A model generated the notes under the pieces. The model did not search any database and was not told the DNA's origin. It was given only the letters and a program-made list of their open reading frames with translations. A program made the translations under genes and the position numbers. DNA of 64,000 nt, taken from an uncultured delta proteobacterium. GTDB taxonomy: Bacteria; Desulfobacterota; Desulfobaccia; Desulfobaccales; 0-14-0-80-60-11. How positions within the stretch are numbered: the stretch's first letter is position 1; each line of letters starts with the position of its first letter. This document shows, piece after piece, positions 19,673 through 29,857 of this stretch. The stretch lies in NCBI GenBank assembly GCA_963773285.1, contig CAVZAM010000036.1, positions 80,605 through 144,604 on the forward strand. Direction: 5' to 3'.

Positions 19673-21958
19673 TTACTTTGACAACATGGTCGTAACCCCG
19701 TCCCAATCGGGTCCCGGGGGATTTTCGGTGTACTTTTCGGCCAACTGCAGGTAATGGCCGTAGAGGGGGTCCTGCGGGCTCAGGTCGTGGACCTCCTGGA
19801 AGGCCGCCATACTCTCCTTAAAACGCCCGGCCCGGAAGAGGGCCAGGGCCTGCTGGTGGAGTTCGAGGCGGCGGGCCAGGCTGGCCTCGGGCTCGCCCTC
19901 CCCCAGGATCTCGTAGATGGTGATGGGGTGCTTTTTGCCCTTGACCCTGACCAGGTCAACCTCCCGGAAATAAAACCCCTGGCCCAGGTCAGAGACGGTG
20001 GCCCCGGCCACCAGGATCTCGGTGCCGTAAAACTTGTTCAGGCCCTCCAGGCGGGAGGCCAGGTTGACGTTATCGCCGATGGCGGTGTAGTCGAAGAGGC
20101 GGTTGGAGCCCATGTTGCCCACCGACACCTGCCCGGAATTGATGCCGATGCCGATTTTCAAGGACGGCCGGCCGCGCTCCAGCCATTCCCGGTCCAGGGC
20201 CTTCAAGGTCTGCACCATCTCCAGGGCGGTGCGGCAGGCCCGCCGGGAGTGGTCCGCCTGATCCAAAGGCGCGCCGTACAGGGCCATGATGGCGTCGCCG
20301 ATGTACTTGTCCAGGGTGCCGCCGTGCTTCACGACGATTTCGCTCATGGGGTTCAGGTACTCGTGGAGCACCTCCACCACGGCCTCCGGCTCCATGGTCT
20401 CAGACAGGGTGGTGAACCCCCGGATGTCGGAAAACAGGATGGACAATTCCCGGCGCTCGCCCCCCAGCCGCAGCTTTTCCGGGTTCCGGATGATCTGGTT
20501 GACCACTTCCGGGGCCACGAAGGATTGGAAGGCCTTTTTGATGCGGACCCGCTCCCGCTCTTCCGACAGGAAGCGCTGCAGGGTGATGCCGGTGTAGACC
20601 CCGGCTATCTCCAGGAAGGGGTAAAAAACTTCCACCTGGAGGCCCAGGTAGCGAAAAGCCAGGTAGTTCAGGGCCAGGAAGACCTGCACGGTGACCAGGG
20701 TAACGGCGATGGCGCCGATGGGGGACAGACGGGGCAGGAGCATCCCGAATATCAAGGCGATGGCCAGGATAATGCCCATGGTGGTCAACGTCACATAGGC
20801 CGGGGTGCGGATGAAATCCCCCCGCAGAATATTGTCCAGGACGGTGGCCTGAATCTCCAGCCCCGGACAGATGCCGGAAAAGGGCGTCACCCGGAGGTCG
20901 AAGATGCCCACCGCGGTGGCCCCCACCAGCACGATCTTGTCCTTCAGGGTTTCCGGCGGGAGGCTGCCGTCCAGTACCCGGGCGGCCGAATAGGTGGGGA
21001 AGGTCCCGGGCGGACCCAGGAAATTGATCAGGAGCCGGCCGTAGCGGTCCACGGGGATCTTTTCCCGGCCCAGGCGGACCTCCTCCACCCCGAAGCGGGA
21101 CAGGGCGATGCCCAGGGGCTGTTTGCCCCGGTAATGCTGCAGGGTTACCATGGTCAGGGGGGCGAAAATGTCGGGGCCGTAGGACATGGCCAGGGGGAGC
21201 CACCGCACCGTCCCGTCCTGGTCGGGCACCATGTTGAAATAACCCCCGCCTGCCGCGTGATCGACAATCTCCGGAAGATTGACCTCGACGCCTTCGGCCC
21301 CCAGGATGGGGAGCCGTTGCACCTCCCGGTCCAGCCAGCGCACCATGTTATAGGTGCTGGCCCGGATGGCCTTGGGGCCCATGACATGCCCCAGGTTCGG
21401 GGCCAGGGCTTTGCCCCCCACCCCTACAAAGAAAAAACCCAGGACCGTGGGGGTGCCCTGGCCGATAACCTCAGCCAACTGGCGGTCCACGTCGGCCCGT
21501 TGCTCTTCCCGGGCCACCAGGGCCAGGACCTGGGGAGTGGCGGCGTTGGCCAGGGCCAGGCCCCGGCGCAGGTTGTCGAGGGCAGTGGTGGCCGCGGTCT
21601 CCTGGCGCTCGGCAAAAATGATATCCAGGCCCATGACCCGGGCCTTGGCCTCCTTGATGCGGCTGAACAGCTGGGCCACGACCTCCCGGGACCAGGGCCA
21701 GCGGCCCACCTGCTTGACGCTGTCGTCGTCCACGGCCACCAGGGCGATCTCCGGGGCGGGCGGCCGCGCGCCCCGGTACTGAAATTTCAGGTCGTAGATC
21801 TTGAGCTCGATAAACTCGGTGATGGGCAGGCGCAGGAGCAACAGGATCAAGACCACACAGGTCACCCCGGCGACAATGAGAAAAATGCTGTTGGCGAGGA
21901 GGGCCCTCAACCGGGCCAGCCGCGTGGTTTTGCCGGGAATGGAGGGCTGCGGGTCCAT
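19673..21958 (-). CDS. CHASE2-domain class III adenylate/guanylate cyclase with TPR-like tail
   Basis: N-terminal TM plus a CHASE2-like region, then 3 TM segments. Cyclase core 'LSILFSDIRGFTTLSE...KYIGDAIMALYGAP...GINSGQVSVGNMGS..FDYTAIGDNVNLASRLE'. Confidence 0.85.
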   Translation of the reverse strand: MDPQPSIPGKTTRLARLRALLANSIFLIVAGVTCVVLILLLLRLPITEFIELKIYDLKFQYRGARPPAPEIALVAVDDDSVKQVGRWPWSREVVAQLFSRIKEAKARVMGLDIIFAERQETAATTALDNLRRGLALANAATPQVLALVAREEQRADVDRQLAEVIGQGTPTVLGFFFVGVGGKALAPNLGHVMGPKAIRASTYNMVRWLDREVQRLPILGAEGVEVNLPEIVDHAAGGGYFNMVPDQDGTVRWLPLAMSYGPDIFAPLTMVTLQHYRGKQPLGIALSRFGVEEVRLGREKIPVDRYGRLLINFLGPPGTFPTYSAARVLDGSLPPETLKDKIVLVGATAVGIFDLRVTPFSGICPGLEIQATVLDNILRGDFIRTPAYVTLTTMGIILAIALIFGMLLPRLSPIGAIAVTLVTVQVFLALNYLAFRYLGLQVEVFYPFLEIAGVYTGITLQRFLSEERERVRIKKAFQSFVAPEVVNQIIRNPEKLRLGGERRELSILFSDIRGFTTLSETMEPEAVVEVLHEYLNPMSEIVVKHGGTLDKYIGDAIMALYGAPLDQADHSRRACRTALEMVQTLKALDREWLERGRPSLKIGIGINSGQVSVGNMGSNRLFDYTAIGDNVNLASRLEGLNKFYGTEILVAGATVSDLGQGFYFREVDLVRVKGKKHPITIYEILGEGEPEASLARRLELHQQALALFRAGRFKESMAAFQEVHDLSPQDPLYGHYLQLAEKYTENPPGPDWDGVTTMLSK

Positions 21959-22069
21959 GCCCCTCTTCTTAGCACACTTGCCGGAAAAACTCTAAGCCTT
22001 CCGGGCACCTTCAAAAATTACCCGGCGGCTGGGAGGTGGCAGCCCCGCGGCTGGTGAGAAGTGGGTTTT

Positions 22070-22360
22070 CTATCCCTTATGGGCCTCCAGGGCAAAGCGG
22101 GGGCGCTTGATGGACTCGTGGCGGCAGACCGGGCAGCGGGAGGGGGTGGTGAGGCGCTGCCGCTTGGTGAAGGTGAAGCCGCACTTGCGGCAGCTGGCCG
22201 GGACGAGGCGAAAACGGCGGCCGGGGCCGGGGGCCCGGGCCAGATGCTCCAGATGCTCGTACACCTCTTTTTCAGGAATGGACAGGCGCTGGGAAAGCTC
22301 CAGGGCGGAGAGGGCCTCTTCCTGCAGCAGCTCTTTTAAGGCTTGTCGGATAGTGATCAT
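22070..22360 (-). CDS. HTH domain fused to a Zn-ribbon (COG3357-type regulator)
   Basis: 'MITIRQALKELLQEEALSALELSQRLSIPEKEVYEHLEHL' followed by 'CRKCGF...CPVCRHESIKRPRF'. Confidence 0.75.
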   Translation of the reverse strand: MITIRQALKELLQEEALSALELSQRLSIPEKEVYEHLEHLARAPGPGRRFRLVPASCRKCGFTFTKRQRLTTPSRCPVCRHESIKRPRFALEAHKG

Positions 22361-22655
22361 GACGGCCTGGCACAAAACTCAATGGGGGTTGTAACCGAGG
22401 ATGTTAGGCCACGGTTAGAAAAAATTCTAGCCCTCGGCTTCGCAGGAGTCAAGGTTCGATTTACCCGCCAAATTTTTGTATTAAGGCACGGAGAATGGGC
22501 AAATAAATTTATCAAACAATATCAGCATATTACACAATAAGGAACTTTGCCCGCCGGGAATGCTTGTTAAAATATTTGAACTAATAGTGCCGGCAGGGTT
22601 CGAGGGCTGTCTATATGTACTTGAAATTATGTCATTTATTAGATACGAATGGCCA

Positions 22656-22671
22656 TGGCACAGGAAATGCA
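22656..22671 (+). promoter_or_regulatory. Candidate sigma-54 (-24/-12) promoter
   Basis: TGGCAC-AGGAA-ATGCA, against the consensus TGGCAC-N5-TTGCW. The GG (22657-58) and GC (22669-70) have the canonical spacing. Confidence 0.4.
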
Positions 22672-22681
22672 TCTATAATAA

Positions 22682-22797
22682 AGCGTATATGAACCTTGCT
22701 AAGGTACCTACATCCCCCCCTTAAGTACGTTCATATACCATTTTCTCCTTTCACCTGACTGGCCGGGTACCTCCCCCACTCGGCCAGTTACCTTTTT
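22682..22797 (+). ncRNA. Candidate small RNA (sigma-54 promoter, 5' hairpin, CU-rich linker, intrinsic terminator)
   Basis: 10-bp inverted repeat GTATATGAAC/GTTCATATAC (22685-22694 / 22729-22738) with a C7 loop. Linker CATTTTCTCCTTTCACC. Terminator stem CTGGCCG/CGGCCAG (22759-22765 / 22781-22787), then TTACCTTTTTA. No credible ORF. Confidence 0.3.
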
Positions 22798-23020
22798 AGG
22801 GCCTCTCCATATCACCCGGCTTATCCCCTCTCCTGATTTGACGCCCTGAGTACTGCCTTAAAGTCTTGATAGACCCGCCGCCGCTCTTTCACCCCGAATA
22901 TTTCCTGTCTCAAGAAAAACTTACCTGTTCCTAACCTAATTTTAACACGGCAGGGGCACACTCAACTATTGCAAACAACCAAGTAATGTCTATTCATTCC
23001 CTATTATTAGGAGAGACGCG

Positions 23021-24070
23021 ATGAGGAAAAACTGGCTTTTTTCATTGGCCCTGTTGGCCGCCCTGTTGATGGCCGTACCGGCCGTGGCCCAGATGTCCAT
23101 CAACGGCGCCGGGGCTACCTTCCCGCAGCCCGTTTACGGTAAATGGGCCTACACGTACAACGAGGCCAAAGGGGTCAAGGTAAATTACCAGGGTATCGGC
23201 TCCGGCGGCGGCATCGCCCAGATTAAAGCCAAGACCGTGGACTTCGGCGGCACCGATGATCCCCTGAAGCCCAATGAACTGCAGGACGCAGGACTGTATC
23301 AGTTCCCCACCCTGATGGGCGGCGTGGTGCCTGTGTTCAACGTCAAGGGCATGGCTGCCGGCCAGCTTGTCCTGGACGGCCCCACCCTGGCCAAGATTTT
23401 CATGGGCGAGATCACCAAGTGGAACGACCCGGCCATCAAAAAGCTCAACGCCAAGGCCAACCTGCCTGACAAAGACATCACCACGGTGCACCGCTCCGAC
23501 GGCTCCGGCACCAACTTCATCTTCACCTCTTACCTGGCTGAGGTCTCCCCGGACTTCAAATCCAAGGTGGGAGCCGGCAAGTCGGTGGAATGGCCGGGGA
23601 AAAACAGTGTCGGCGCCAAGGGCAACCCCGGGGTGGCCGGCCAGGTGCAGAACATTGACGGCTCCATCGGCTATGTCGAATTTGCCTACGCCGCCCAGAA
23701 CAAGATCCCCTATGCTGACATGATCAACAAGGCTGGCAAGACCGTGAAGCCCGATCTCAGCAGCTTCGGGGCCGCGGCCGCCAGCGCTGACTGGAAAAAC
23801 GCCCCCCAGGGTTACGGCCTCATGCTGGTCAACGAGTCGGGTGACCACAGCTGGCCCATCGTCGGCGCCACCTATATCATGATTCACAAGGACCAGCCGG
23901 ATGCCGCCAAGGCCAAGGCCGTCCTCGATTTCTTCTCCTGGGCCTTCAAAAACGGCGGCGGCATTGCCAAGGAACTGGACTACGTCGCCCTGCCTGAAAA
24001 CGTGGTCAAGATGGTGGAAGCAGACTGGGCCAAGGAAATTACCTCCGGCGGCAAACCAGTATCTAAATAA
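23021..24070 (+). CDS. pstS: Phosphate ABC transporter substrate-binding protein
   Basis: Signal peptide, 'INGAGATFPQPVY', 'YQGIGSGGGI', 'VHRSDGSGTNFIFT'. Confidence 0.9.
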   Translation: MRKNWLFSLALLAALLMAVPAVAQMSINGAGATFPQPVYGKWAYTYNEAKGVKVNYQGIGSGGGIAQIKAKTVDFGGTDDPLKPNELQDAGLYQFPTLMGGVVPVFNVKGMAAGQLVLDGPTLAKIFMGEITKWNDPAIKKLNAKANLPDKDITTVHRSDGSGTNFIFTSYLAEVSPDFKSKVGAGKSVEWPGKNSVGAKGNPGVAGQVQNIDGSIGYVEFAYAAQNKIPYADMINKAGKTVKPDLSSFGAAAASADWKNAPQGYGLMLVNESGDHSWPIVGATYIMIHKDQPDAAKAKAVLDFFSWAFKNGGGIAKELDYVALPENVVKMVEADWAKEITSGGKPVSK

Positions 24071-24121
24071 GATTCCTATTCAGGGAAAGCCCCTGCGATC
24101 TCGGGGACTTTCCCTGCCCCT

Positions 24122-25143
24122 GTGAAAGCCATGGATCAACCTCTTGCGGAGCGGGTGTACAAAGACGCCTTCACTCCGGCCCCCGAGCCCATTCCCGCCA
24201 CGGCCAGGACCAAGCCCACCGGCGGCGACGCTTACTTCCTGTGGCTGACCGGGGCCTGCGCCCTGGTGCTCCCCCTGATCATGATCGCCATCGGCCTGGC
24301 CTTGGCGTATTATTCCATTCCCGCCCTCCGGCAGTTCGGCCTGCATTTTTTCGTCTCGGAGGTGTGGAACCCGGTCACCCAGCAGTTCGGGGCGCTGAGC
24401 AGCATCTACGGCACCCTGATGTCCACGCTCCTGGCCATGCTCCTGGCGGTGCCCCTGAGTCTGGCCATCGCCCTCTTCCTGGTGGAACTGGCCCCGCCCC
24501 GGGTGAGCCGGGTAGTGGGCACCATGATCGAGCTTTTGGCCGGCATTCCCAGCATCATTTACGGCATGTGGGGCATGTTCGTGTTCGCCCCCCTCATGGC
24601 CAGATACGTGCAGCCCTGGCTGAAGACACCTATCTGGGCTGGATACCGGGCTTCGGCCTGCTCTTTCAGGGGCCCCCCATGGGCCTGGGCATGCTGACGG
24701 CCGGCATCATTCTGGGTTTCATGGTGCTGCCCTTCACCTGCGCCATCACCCGGGACGTTTTTCAGATGGTGCCTCCGGTGGTGAAGGAGTCTGCCTTTGG
24801 CCTGGGGGCCACCACCTGGGAGGTGACCGCCAAAGTCACGATACCCTATGGCCTGGTGGGGATCATCGGGGCTTTTTTCCTGGGGCTGGGCCGGGCCTTG
24901 GGGGAAACCATGGCCGTCACCTTTGTTATCGGCAATTCGCATCAAGTCAACTTCGGCCTGTTTTACCCGGGGAACAGCATTGCCTCCTGCATGGCCAACG
25001 AGTTCGCCGAGGCCACCGAGCTCCTGTACGTCAGCTCCCTTATCTGCCTGGGCCTGGTCTTGTTCGTCATTACCTATGGGGTCCAGATCGTCTCGCAAAT
25101 GATGCTCAGCCGGATGTACAAGGCCTGGAGCGTGGGGCTATGA
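24122..25143 (+). pseudogene. pstC: Phosphate ABC transporter permease PstC, frameshifted as assembled
   Basis: Two overlapping ORFs. They join at '...YVQPWL|..TYLGWIPGFGLLFQGPPMGLGML'. The shift is near 24618-24628. Confidence 0.85.
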
Positions 25144-26012
25144 GCAAAAAAATGAAGCCCCGGCCTCCCGGAGGCCGCAAGGCCCTCAATATGATGGTCA
25201 ACGTCTGGGCCGTGGCCTCAGCGATTATTGGCATTATCGCCCTGTTCTGGGTCATCATCACCGTGATCATCAGGGGTTGGGCCGCCCTTAATTTGGACTT
25301 CTTCACCCGGATGCCCACTCCCCCCGGTGTCGAGGGAGGCGGCTTGGTGAGCGCCATGGTGGGGACCCTGGTCCTCACCCTCCTGGCCACGCTGGCGGCC
25401 GTGCCCCTGGGGCTTTTGGGCGGCATTTTTCTGGCGGAGTTCGGCCAGGACTCCCGGGTGGCGAACAACAGCCGTTTTGCCGCCAACGTGCTCATGGGCA
25501 TGCCTTCTATCATTGTGGGCGTCTTTGCCTATGCGGTCCTGGTGCGGACCCTGGGAAATTTTTCCGGGTATGCCGGCGCCTTCGCCCTGTTCATCCTGAT
25601 GCTGCCCATCATCATCCGCACCACCGAGGACATGCTGCGCCTGGTGCCCAACACCCTGCGGGAAGCGGCCCTGGCCCTGGGCATTCCCCGCTGGCGGGTC
25701 ACGTTGTCCATTATCTTCCGGGCGGCCAAATCCGGCCTCCTCACCGGGATTCTCCTGGCCGTGGCCCGGGTGAGCGGCGAGACCGCGCCCCTGCTGTTCA
25801 CCGCCCTGAACAACCCTTTCCAGCATTTTTTTAAATGGAACCTGGGCTTGAACGAACCCTACCCCAACCTCACCGTCACGATTTTCGACTACGCCATGTC
25901 CCCCTACCCCGATTGGCAGACCAAGGCCTGGGGGGCCTCCCTGGTGATCACCGTGAGTATTCTCCTCTTGACCATTTTTTCCCGCTGGTTGATTCGGGAA
26001 CGGCAAGGTTAA
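25140..26012 (+). CDS. pstA: Phosphate ABC transporter permease PstA
   Basis: 'REAALALGIPRWRV' EAA loop. The start overlaps the pstC stop by 4 nt. Confidence 0.9.
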   Translation: MSKKMKPRPPGGRKALNMMVNVWAVASAIIGIIALFWVIITVIIRGWAALNLDFFTRMPTPPGVEGGGLVSAMVGTLVLTLLATLAAVPLGLLGGIFLAEFGQDSRVANNSRFAANVLMGMPSIIVGVFAYAVLVRTLGNFSGYAGAFALFILMLPIIIRTTEDMLRLVPNTLREAALALGIPRWRVTLSIIFRAAKSGLLTGILLAVARVSGETAPLLFTALNNPFQHFFKWNLGLNEPYPNLTVTIFDYAMSPYPDWQTKAWGASLVITVSILLLTIFSRWLIRERQG

Positions 26013-26021
26013 CCAGAAAGG

Positions 26022-26879
26022 ATGATCAACATGGATCCCGTGGGTCAAACTCCAGAAATGGCCCCTTACTATGAAATGCGCCAACCGGTAGCCAAGATCA
26101 CGGTGCGCAAATTAAACTTTTTTTATGGCACCCAACAGGCTCTCTTTGATAATAATTTAGAGATTGCCCAGAATCGCGTCACCGCCATCATCGGCCCCTC
26201 CGGATGCGGCAAATCCACGCATATCCGGGCTTACAACCGTATTTTTGAGCTGTACCCGGCGCAGCAGGCCGAGGGGGAGATCCTTTTGGACGGGGAGAAT
26301 ATTCTGGACCCTGCTTATGACCTGATGGATCTCAGAAGGCGCTGCGGCATGGTCTTCCAGCGCCCGGTGCCCTTCCCCTTGAGCATTTACGACAATATCG
26401 CCTTTGGGTTGAAGCAGCATTACCGCCTGGGGAAAGTGGAAGAGGCGGCCAGGGTGGAGGAAGCCCTCCGGGCCGCAGCCCTCTGGGAGGAAGTGAAAGA
26501 CCATTTACACCGGCCCGGCACCTCCCTCTCCGGCGGCCAACAGCAGCGCCTGTGCATCGCCAGGACCGTCGTGGTCAAGCCCGAGGTCATCCTGCTGGAT
26601 GAGCCCTGTTCCGCCATTGACCCGGTAAGCACCAATAAGGTTGAGGAAACGATCCATGCATTGAAAAACCGGTACACCATTGTCATCGTCACCCACAACA
26701 TGCAGCAAGCAAAACGCATTTCGGACTTCACGGCCTATTTCTACCGGGGCTATATCCTTGACTTCGGCACCACGGAAGATATTTTTCATAAATACGGCTT
26801 GATGGAGGACGTGCCCAGCCAGGACCACCTGGACGCCGCTCTCCAGAAAAGGCTGGAAATCCCGCTCACCATATCCTGA
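26022..26879 (+). CDS. pstB: Phosphate ABC transporter ATPase, copy 1 (divergent C-terminus)
   Basis: Walker A 'GPSGCGKST', signature 'LSGGQQQRL', Walker B 'ILLDEP'. It lacks the usual '...[10 protein letters not shown]' ending. Confidence 0.85.
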   Translation: MINMDPVGQTPEMAPYYEMRQPVAKITVRKLNFFYGTQQALFDNNLEIAQNRVTAIIGPSGCGKSTHIRAYNRIFELYPAQQAEGEILLDGENILDPAYDLMDLRRRCGMVFQRPVPFPLSIYDNIAFGLKQHYRLGKVEEAARVEEALRAAALWEEVKDHLHRPGTSLSGGQQQRLCIARTVVVKPEVILLDEPCSAIDPVSTNKVEETIHALKNRYTIVIVTHNMQQAKRISDFTAYFYRGYILDFGTTEDIFHKYGLMEDVPSQDHLDAALQKRLEIPLTIS

Positions 26880-26903
26880 CAAGTGATTTCTTGGTAAGGG
26901 ATT

Positions 26904-27758
26904 ATGGAAGCAAGCATGCAGATGGCTCAAAAAGAAACCCAAAATCAGGAAGACACCAACAGCGCGGTGAGCGAGTCCCGGAAGGTCCTGGAAGGTTTCG
27001 GGCTGAACAGCAAGGTCTCCGCCCGCCACCTGAATTTTTATTACGGGGACCTCCAGGCCCTCTTTGACAACAACCTGGACATCGCCGCCAACCGGGTGAC
27101 CGCCATCATCGGCCCCTCCGGGTGCGGCAAATCCACCCACCTCCGGGTTTACAACCGGATATACTCGATGTACCGGGATCAACGGGCTGAAGGGGAGGTC
27201 TTGCTGGACGGCGAGGACATCCTAAATCCCAATTACGACAGTATGGAGCTGCGCCGCAGGGTGGGCATGATCTTTCAGAAGCCCACCCCCTTCCCCATGA
27301 GCGTCTTTGACAACGTGATCTATGGCTTAAAGCTCCACTATAACCTGCCCAAAAGCGAGATGGCGGACAAGGTGGAGGAGGCCCTGCGCCGGGCGGCGCT
27401 GTGGGATGAAATCAAGGACCACCTGAATCGCCCGGGCACCGCCCTCTCCGGCGGCCAGCAGCAGCGCCTCTGCATCGCCCGCACCATCGTGGTGGAGCCG
27501 GAAGTCATCCTCATGGACGAGCCCTGCTCGGCCATCGACCCCATCGGCACCGCCAAGATCGAGGAACTGATCCAGGAACTGAAGGACACCTACACCATCG
27601 TCATCGTCACCCACAACATGCAGCAGGCCGCCCGGGTGTCCGATTTCACGGCCTTTTTTTTCCAGGGGCACATCATCGAGTTCGGCCCCACCCAGCAGAT
27701 CTTCACCATGCCCAAACACCGGCAGACCGAGGATTACATCACCGGCCGCTTCGGGTGA
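26904..27758 (+). CDS. pstB: Phosphate ABC transporter ATPase, copy 2 (canonical)
   Basis: Same motifs as copy 1, plus the canonical C-terminal '[12 protein letters not shown]'. Confidence 0.9.
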   Translation: MEASMQMAQKETQNQEDTNSAVSESRKVLEGFGLNSKVSARHLNFYYGDLQALFDNNLDIAANRVTAIIGPSGCGKSTHLRVYNRIYSMYRDQRAEGEVLLDGEDILNPNYDSMELRRRVGMIFQKPTPFPMSVFDNVIYGLKLHYNLPKSEMADKVEEALRRAALWDEIKDHLNRPGTALSGGQQQRLCIARTIVVEPEVILMDEPCSAIDPIGTAKIEELIQELKDTYTIVIVTHNMQQAARVSDFTAFFFQGHIIEFGPTQQIFTMPKHRQTEDYITGRFG

Positions 27759-27848
27759 GCCGGGCCGCCCTTTCCTCCCCCGCCGCCGCCGCCCCCCTTC
27801 CCTGTCATAATTCCTTGTAATCCCTTGAGGTTCTGCCGAGAAATTCCC

Positions 27849-27877
27849 TTGACGGCCTCGGGCCGATTCACTATCAT
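27849..27877 (+). promoter_or_regulatory. Candidate sigma-70 promoter for corA (TTGACG-N17-TATCAT)
   Basis: Hexamers at 27849-27854 and 27872-27877, about 50 nt upstream of ATG 27928. Confidence 0.4.
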
Positions 27878-27927
27878 CCCTACTAAGTTTCATTGGGGAT
27901 ATCCTGTTGCTCACGGGAGTTGCAGAA

Positions 27928-29024
27928 ATGGCCACGGGTAGACGCAGATCACGCCAAAAAACATTCCCAGAAGGTGGGGCTGCCGCCCGGCACCCTGGTT
28001 TATACCGGCGACAAACCCGGCATGACGCTAAAAGTCACCACCGTCACCTACAACGAACACGACTACCACGAAGCCACCAGCACGGCCATCACGAGCTGCC
28101 CGGTAATCCCTGCCGGGGACACCGGTTACCTGGATCAACGTCAACGGCCTCGGCAACACCGAGGACCTGGAGGCGCTGGGGTCCTGCCTGCACCTGCACC
28201 CCCTGGTGCTGGAAGACATCCTCAACACCGATCAGCGGCCCAAACTGGACGACTACGGCGACTACCTGTTCATCGTCCTCAAAATGCTCCAGGTCCCCCA
28301 GGGGCAGACAGACATCACCGTGGAGCAGATCAGCCTCATCGTCGGCCCCAACTACGTCATTTCCCTCCAGGAAAACGACCACGACGACTTCGACATCATC
28401 CGGGAGCGGCTGAAGGCCGGCAAGGGCCGCATCTGCAAAAGCGGCGCCGATTACCTGGTCTATGCCCTCATAGATCTGATCGTCGACCATTACTTCGTCC
28501 TTTTGGAGGACCAGGGGGAAGTCATCGAGGACCTGGAGTCGAAATTGATAGCCAATCCCACCCCGGACACCCTGGGCCAGATCCACCGCCTGAAAAGGGA
28601 GATGATCATGCTGCGCAAGTCGGTATGGCCCCTAAGGGAGGTCATCAGCCGTCTGGAGCGCAGCGAGTCGCCCCTCATCAAGGAAACCACCGTCCTCTAT
28701 TTCAAGGACGTCTATGACCACATCATCCAGATCATCGACAATATCGAGACCTTCCGGGACATCCTCTCCGGCATGCTGGACATCTATCTTTCCAGCGTCA
28801 GCAACCGCTTGAATGAAGTCATGAAGGTGCTCACCATCATCGCCACCATTTTTATCCCCCTGACCTTCATCGCCGGGGTGTACGGCATGAACTTCAAGAA
28901 TATGCCGGAATTGGAGTGGCCCCGGGGGTATTACATGGCTCTCGGGATCATGGGGGCAGTGGCATTGTATATGGTCGGCTTTTTCTGGAGAAAGGGCTGG
29001 ATCGGCCGCCGCCAGGATTTTTAG
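27928..29024 (+). pseudogene. corA: CorA Mg2+/Co2+ channel, two frameshifts as assembled
   Basis: Collinear with Thermotoga-type CorA: 'KVGLPPGTLVYTG', 'WINVNGL', 'HPLVLEDILN..QRPK', 'YGMNF'. Shortening the A6 run (27956-27961) to A5 gives MATGRRRSRQKHSQKVGLPPGTLVY. The second shift is near 28121-28131. Confidence 0.85.
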
Positions 29025-29136
29025 TCCGGGGACAATATCCACGCCTGCTTGACGCAGGGGTGGCGGGTTCTTACCCTAAGATAAGTTTTGAGCAGGCCGA
29101 CAAATTCAGAACATGCACAACCGCGAGGAGGGAATC

Positions 29137-29742
29137 ATGGCCGTCCAGATCGGCAAACCTGCCCCTGATTTTGAGACCGCCGCCTATTACCAGGGCGAAA
29201 TCACCAAAATAAAGCTGTCCGATTACCGCGGCAAGTGGGTGATGCTGTATTTCTACCCCGGCGACTTTACTTTTGTGTGTCCCACCGAACTTACCGCCGT
29301 GGCCAACAAGTACCAGAACATGAAGGAATTGGGCGCCGAGATCCTGGCCATCAGCGTGGACAGCCCTTACACCCACAAGGCCTGGCAGGAAGTGGAGCTT
29401 TCCAAGATGGTGGCGGGCGGCCTCCCCTACCCCATGCTGTCCGATGTGGGCGGGGACATCGGCCGGTTATACGGCGTCTTTGATGACGACTACAAGGTCG
29501 ACGTCCGGGGCAGCTTTCTCATCGACCCCGACGGCAACCTTCAGGCCATGGAGGTGCTGGCCCCGGCCATCGGCCGGAACGCCACCGAAATGCTGCGCCA
29601 GCTCAAGGCCTGCGCCTACGTGCGCCAGAGCGGGGGCAAAGAAGTCACGCCGGCGGGCTGGGAGCCGGGGAAACAGACCCTCACGCCGGAACCGGGCCTG
29701 GCCGGCAAGGTCTGTGAAATCTGGGCCCCCGACACGACCTGA
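29137..29742 (+). CDS. Typical 2-Cys peroxiredoxin (AhpC/Prx1 family)
   Basis: 'GKWVMLYFYPGDFTFVCPTEL' plus a C-terminal resolving-Cys region. SD GAGGAGGG upstream. Confidence 0.85.
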   Translation: MAVQIGKPAPDFETAAYYQGEITKIKLSDYRGKWVMLYFYPGDFTFVCPTELTAVANKYQNMKELGAEILAISVDSPYTHKAWQEVELSKMVAGGLPYPMLSDVGGDIGRLYGVFDDDYKVDVRGSFLIDPDGNLQAMEVLAPAIGRNATEMLRQLKACAYVRQSGGKEVTPAGWEPGKQTLTPEPGLAGKVCEIWAPDTT

Positions 29743-29766
29743 ACCTAATTGAGAGGCAGGTGCGTG

Positions 29767-29810
29767 CCCAACCCCTTAGGGAGAGGGCCAGGGACAGCAG
29801 CTACCCCACT
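29767..29810. repeat. Partial copy of the G/C-tract intergenic repeat family (core GGGAGAGGGCCAGGGA)
   Basis: Shares CCCAACCCC and GAGGGCCAGGGAC with the copies at 37101 and 40663. Confidence 0.5.
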
Positions 29811-29857
29811 TGCCAGCTGGCCCTCCCCCCGAACATCCTATTTGCAGGGATGGGGCC

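Noticed and set aside
19754-22057. 767-aa ORF on the plus strand, the longest of many long shadow ORFs (others include 13538..14923 minus, 61640..63385 plus, 10891..11436 plus).
   Set aside because: Its translation is monotonous and Gly/Pro/Arg/His/Gln/Asp-rich with no motifs. It lies exactly antisense to a gene with clear conserved domains (the CHASE2 cyclase). This is typical of stop-poor antisense frames in GC-rich DNA.
22900-22935. Direct repeats CCTGTC / CCTGTT upstream of pstS, considered as a Pho box.
   Set aside because: The repeats are 20 bp apart rather than at the 11-bp periodicity of PhoB sites. Only 5-6 nt match and no further half-sites are present.
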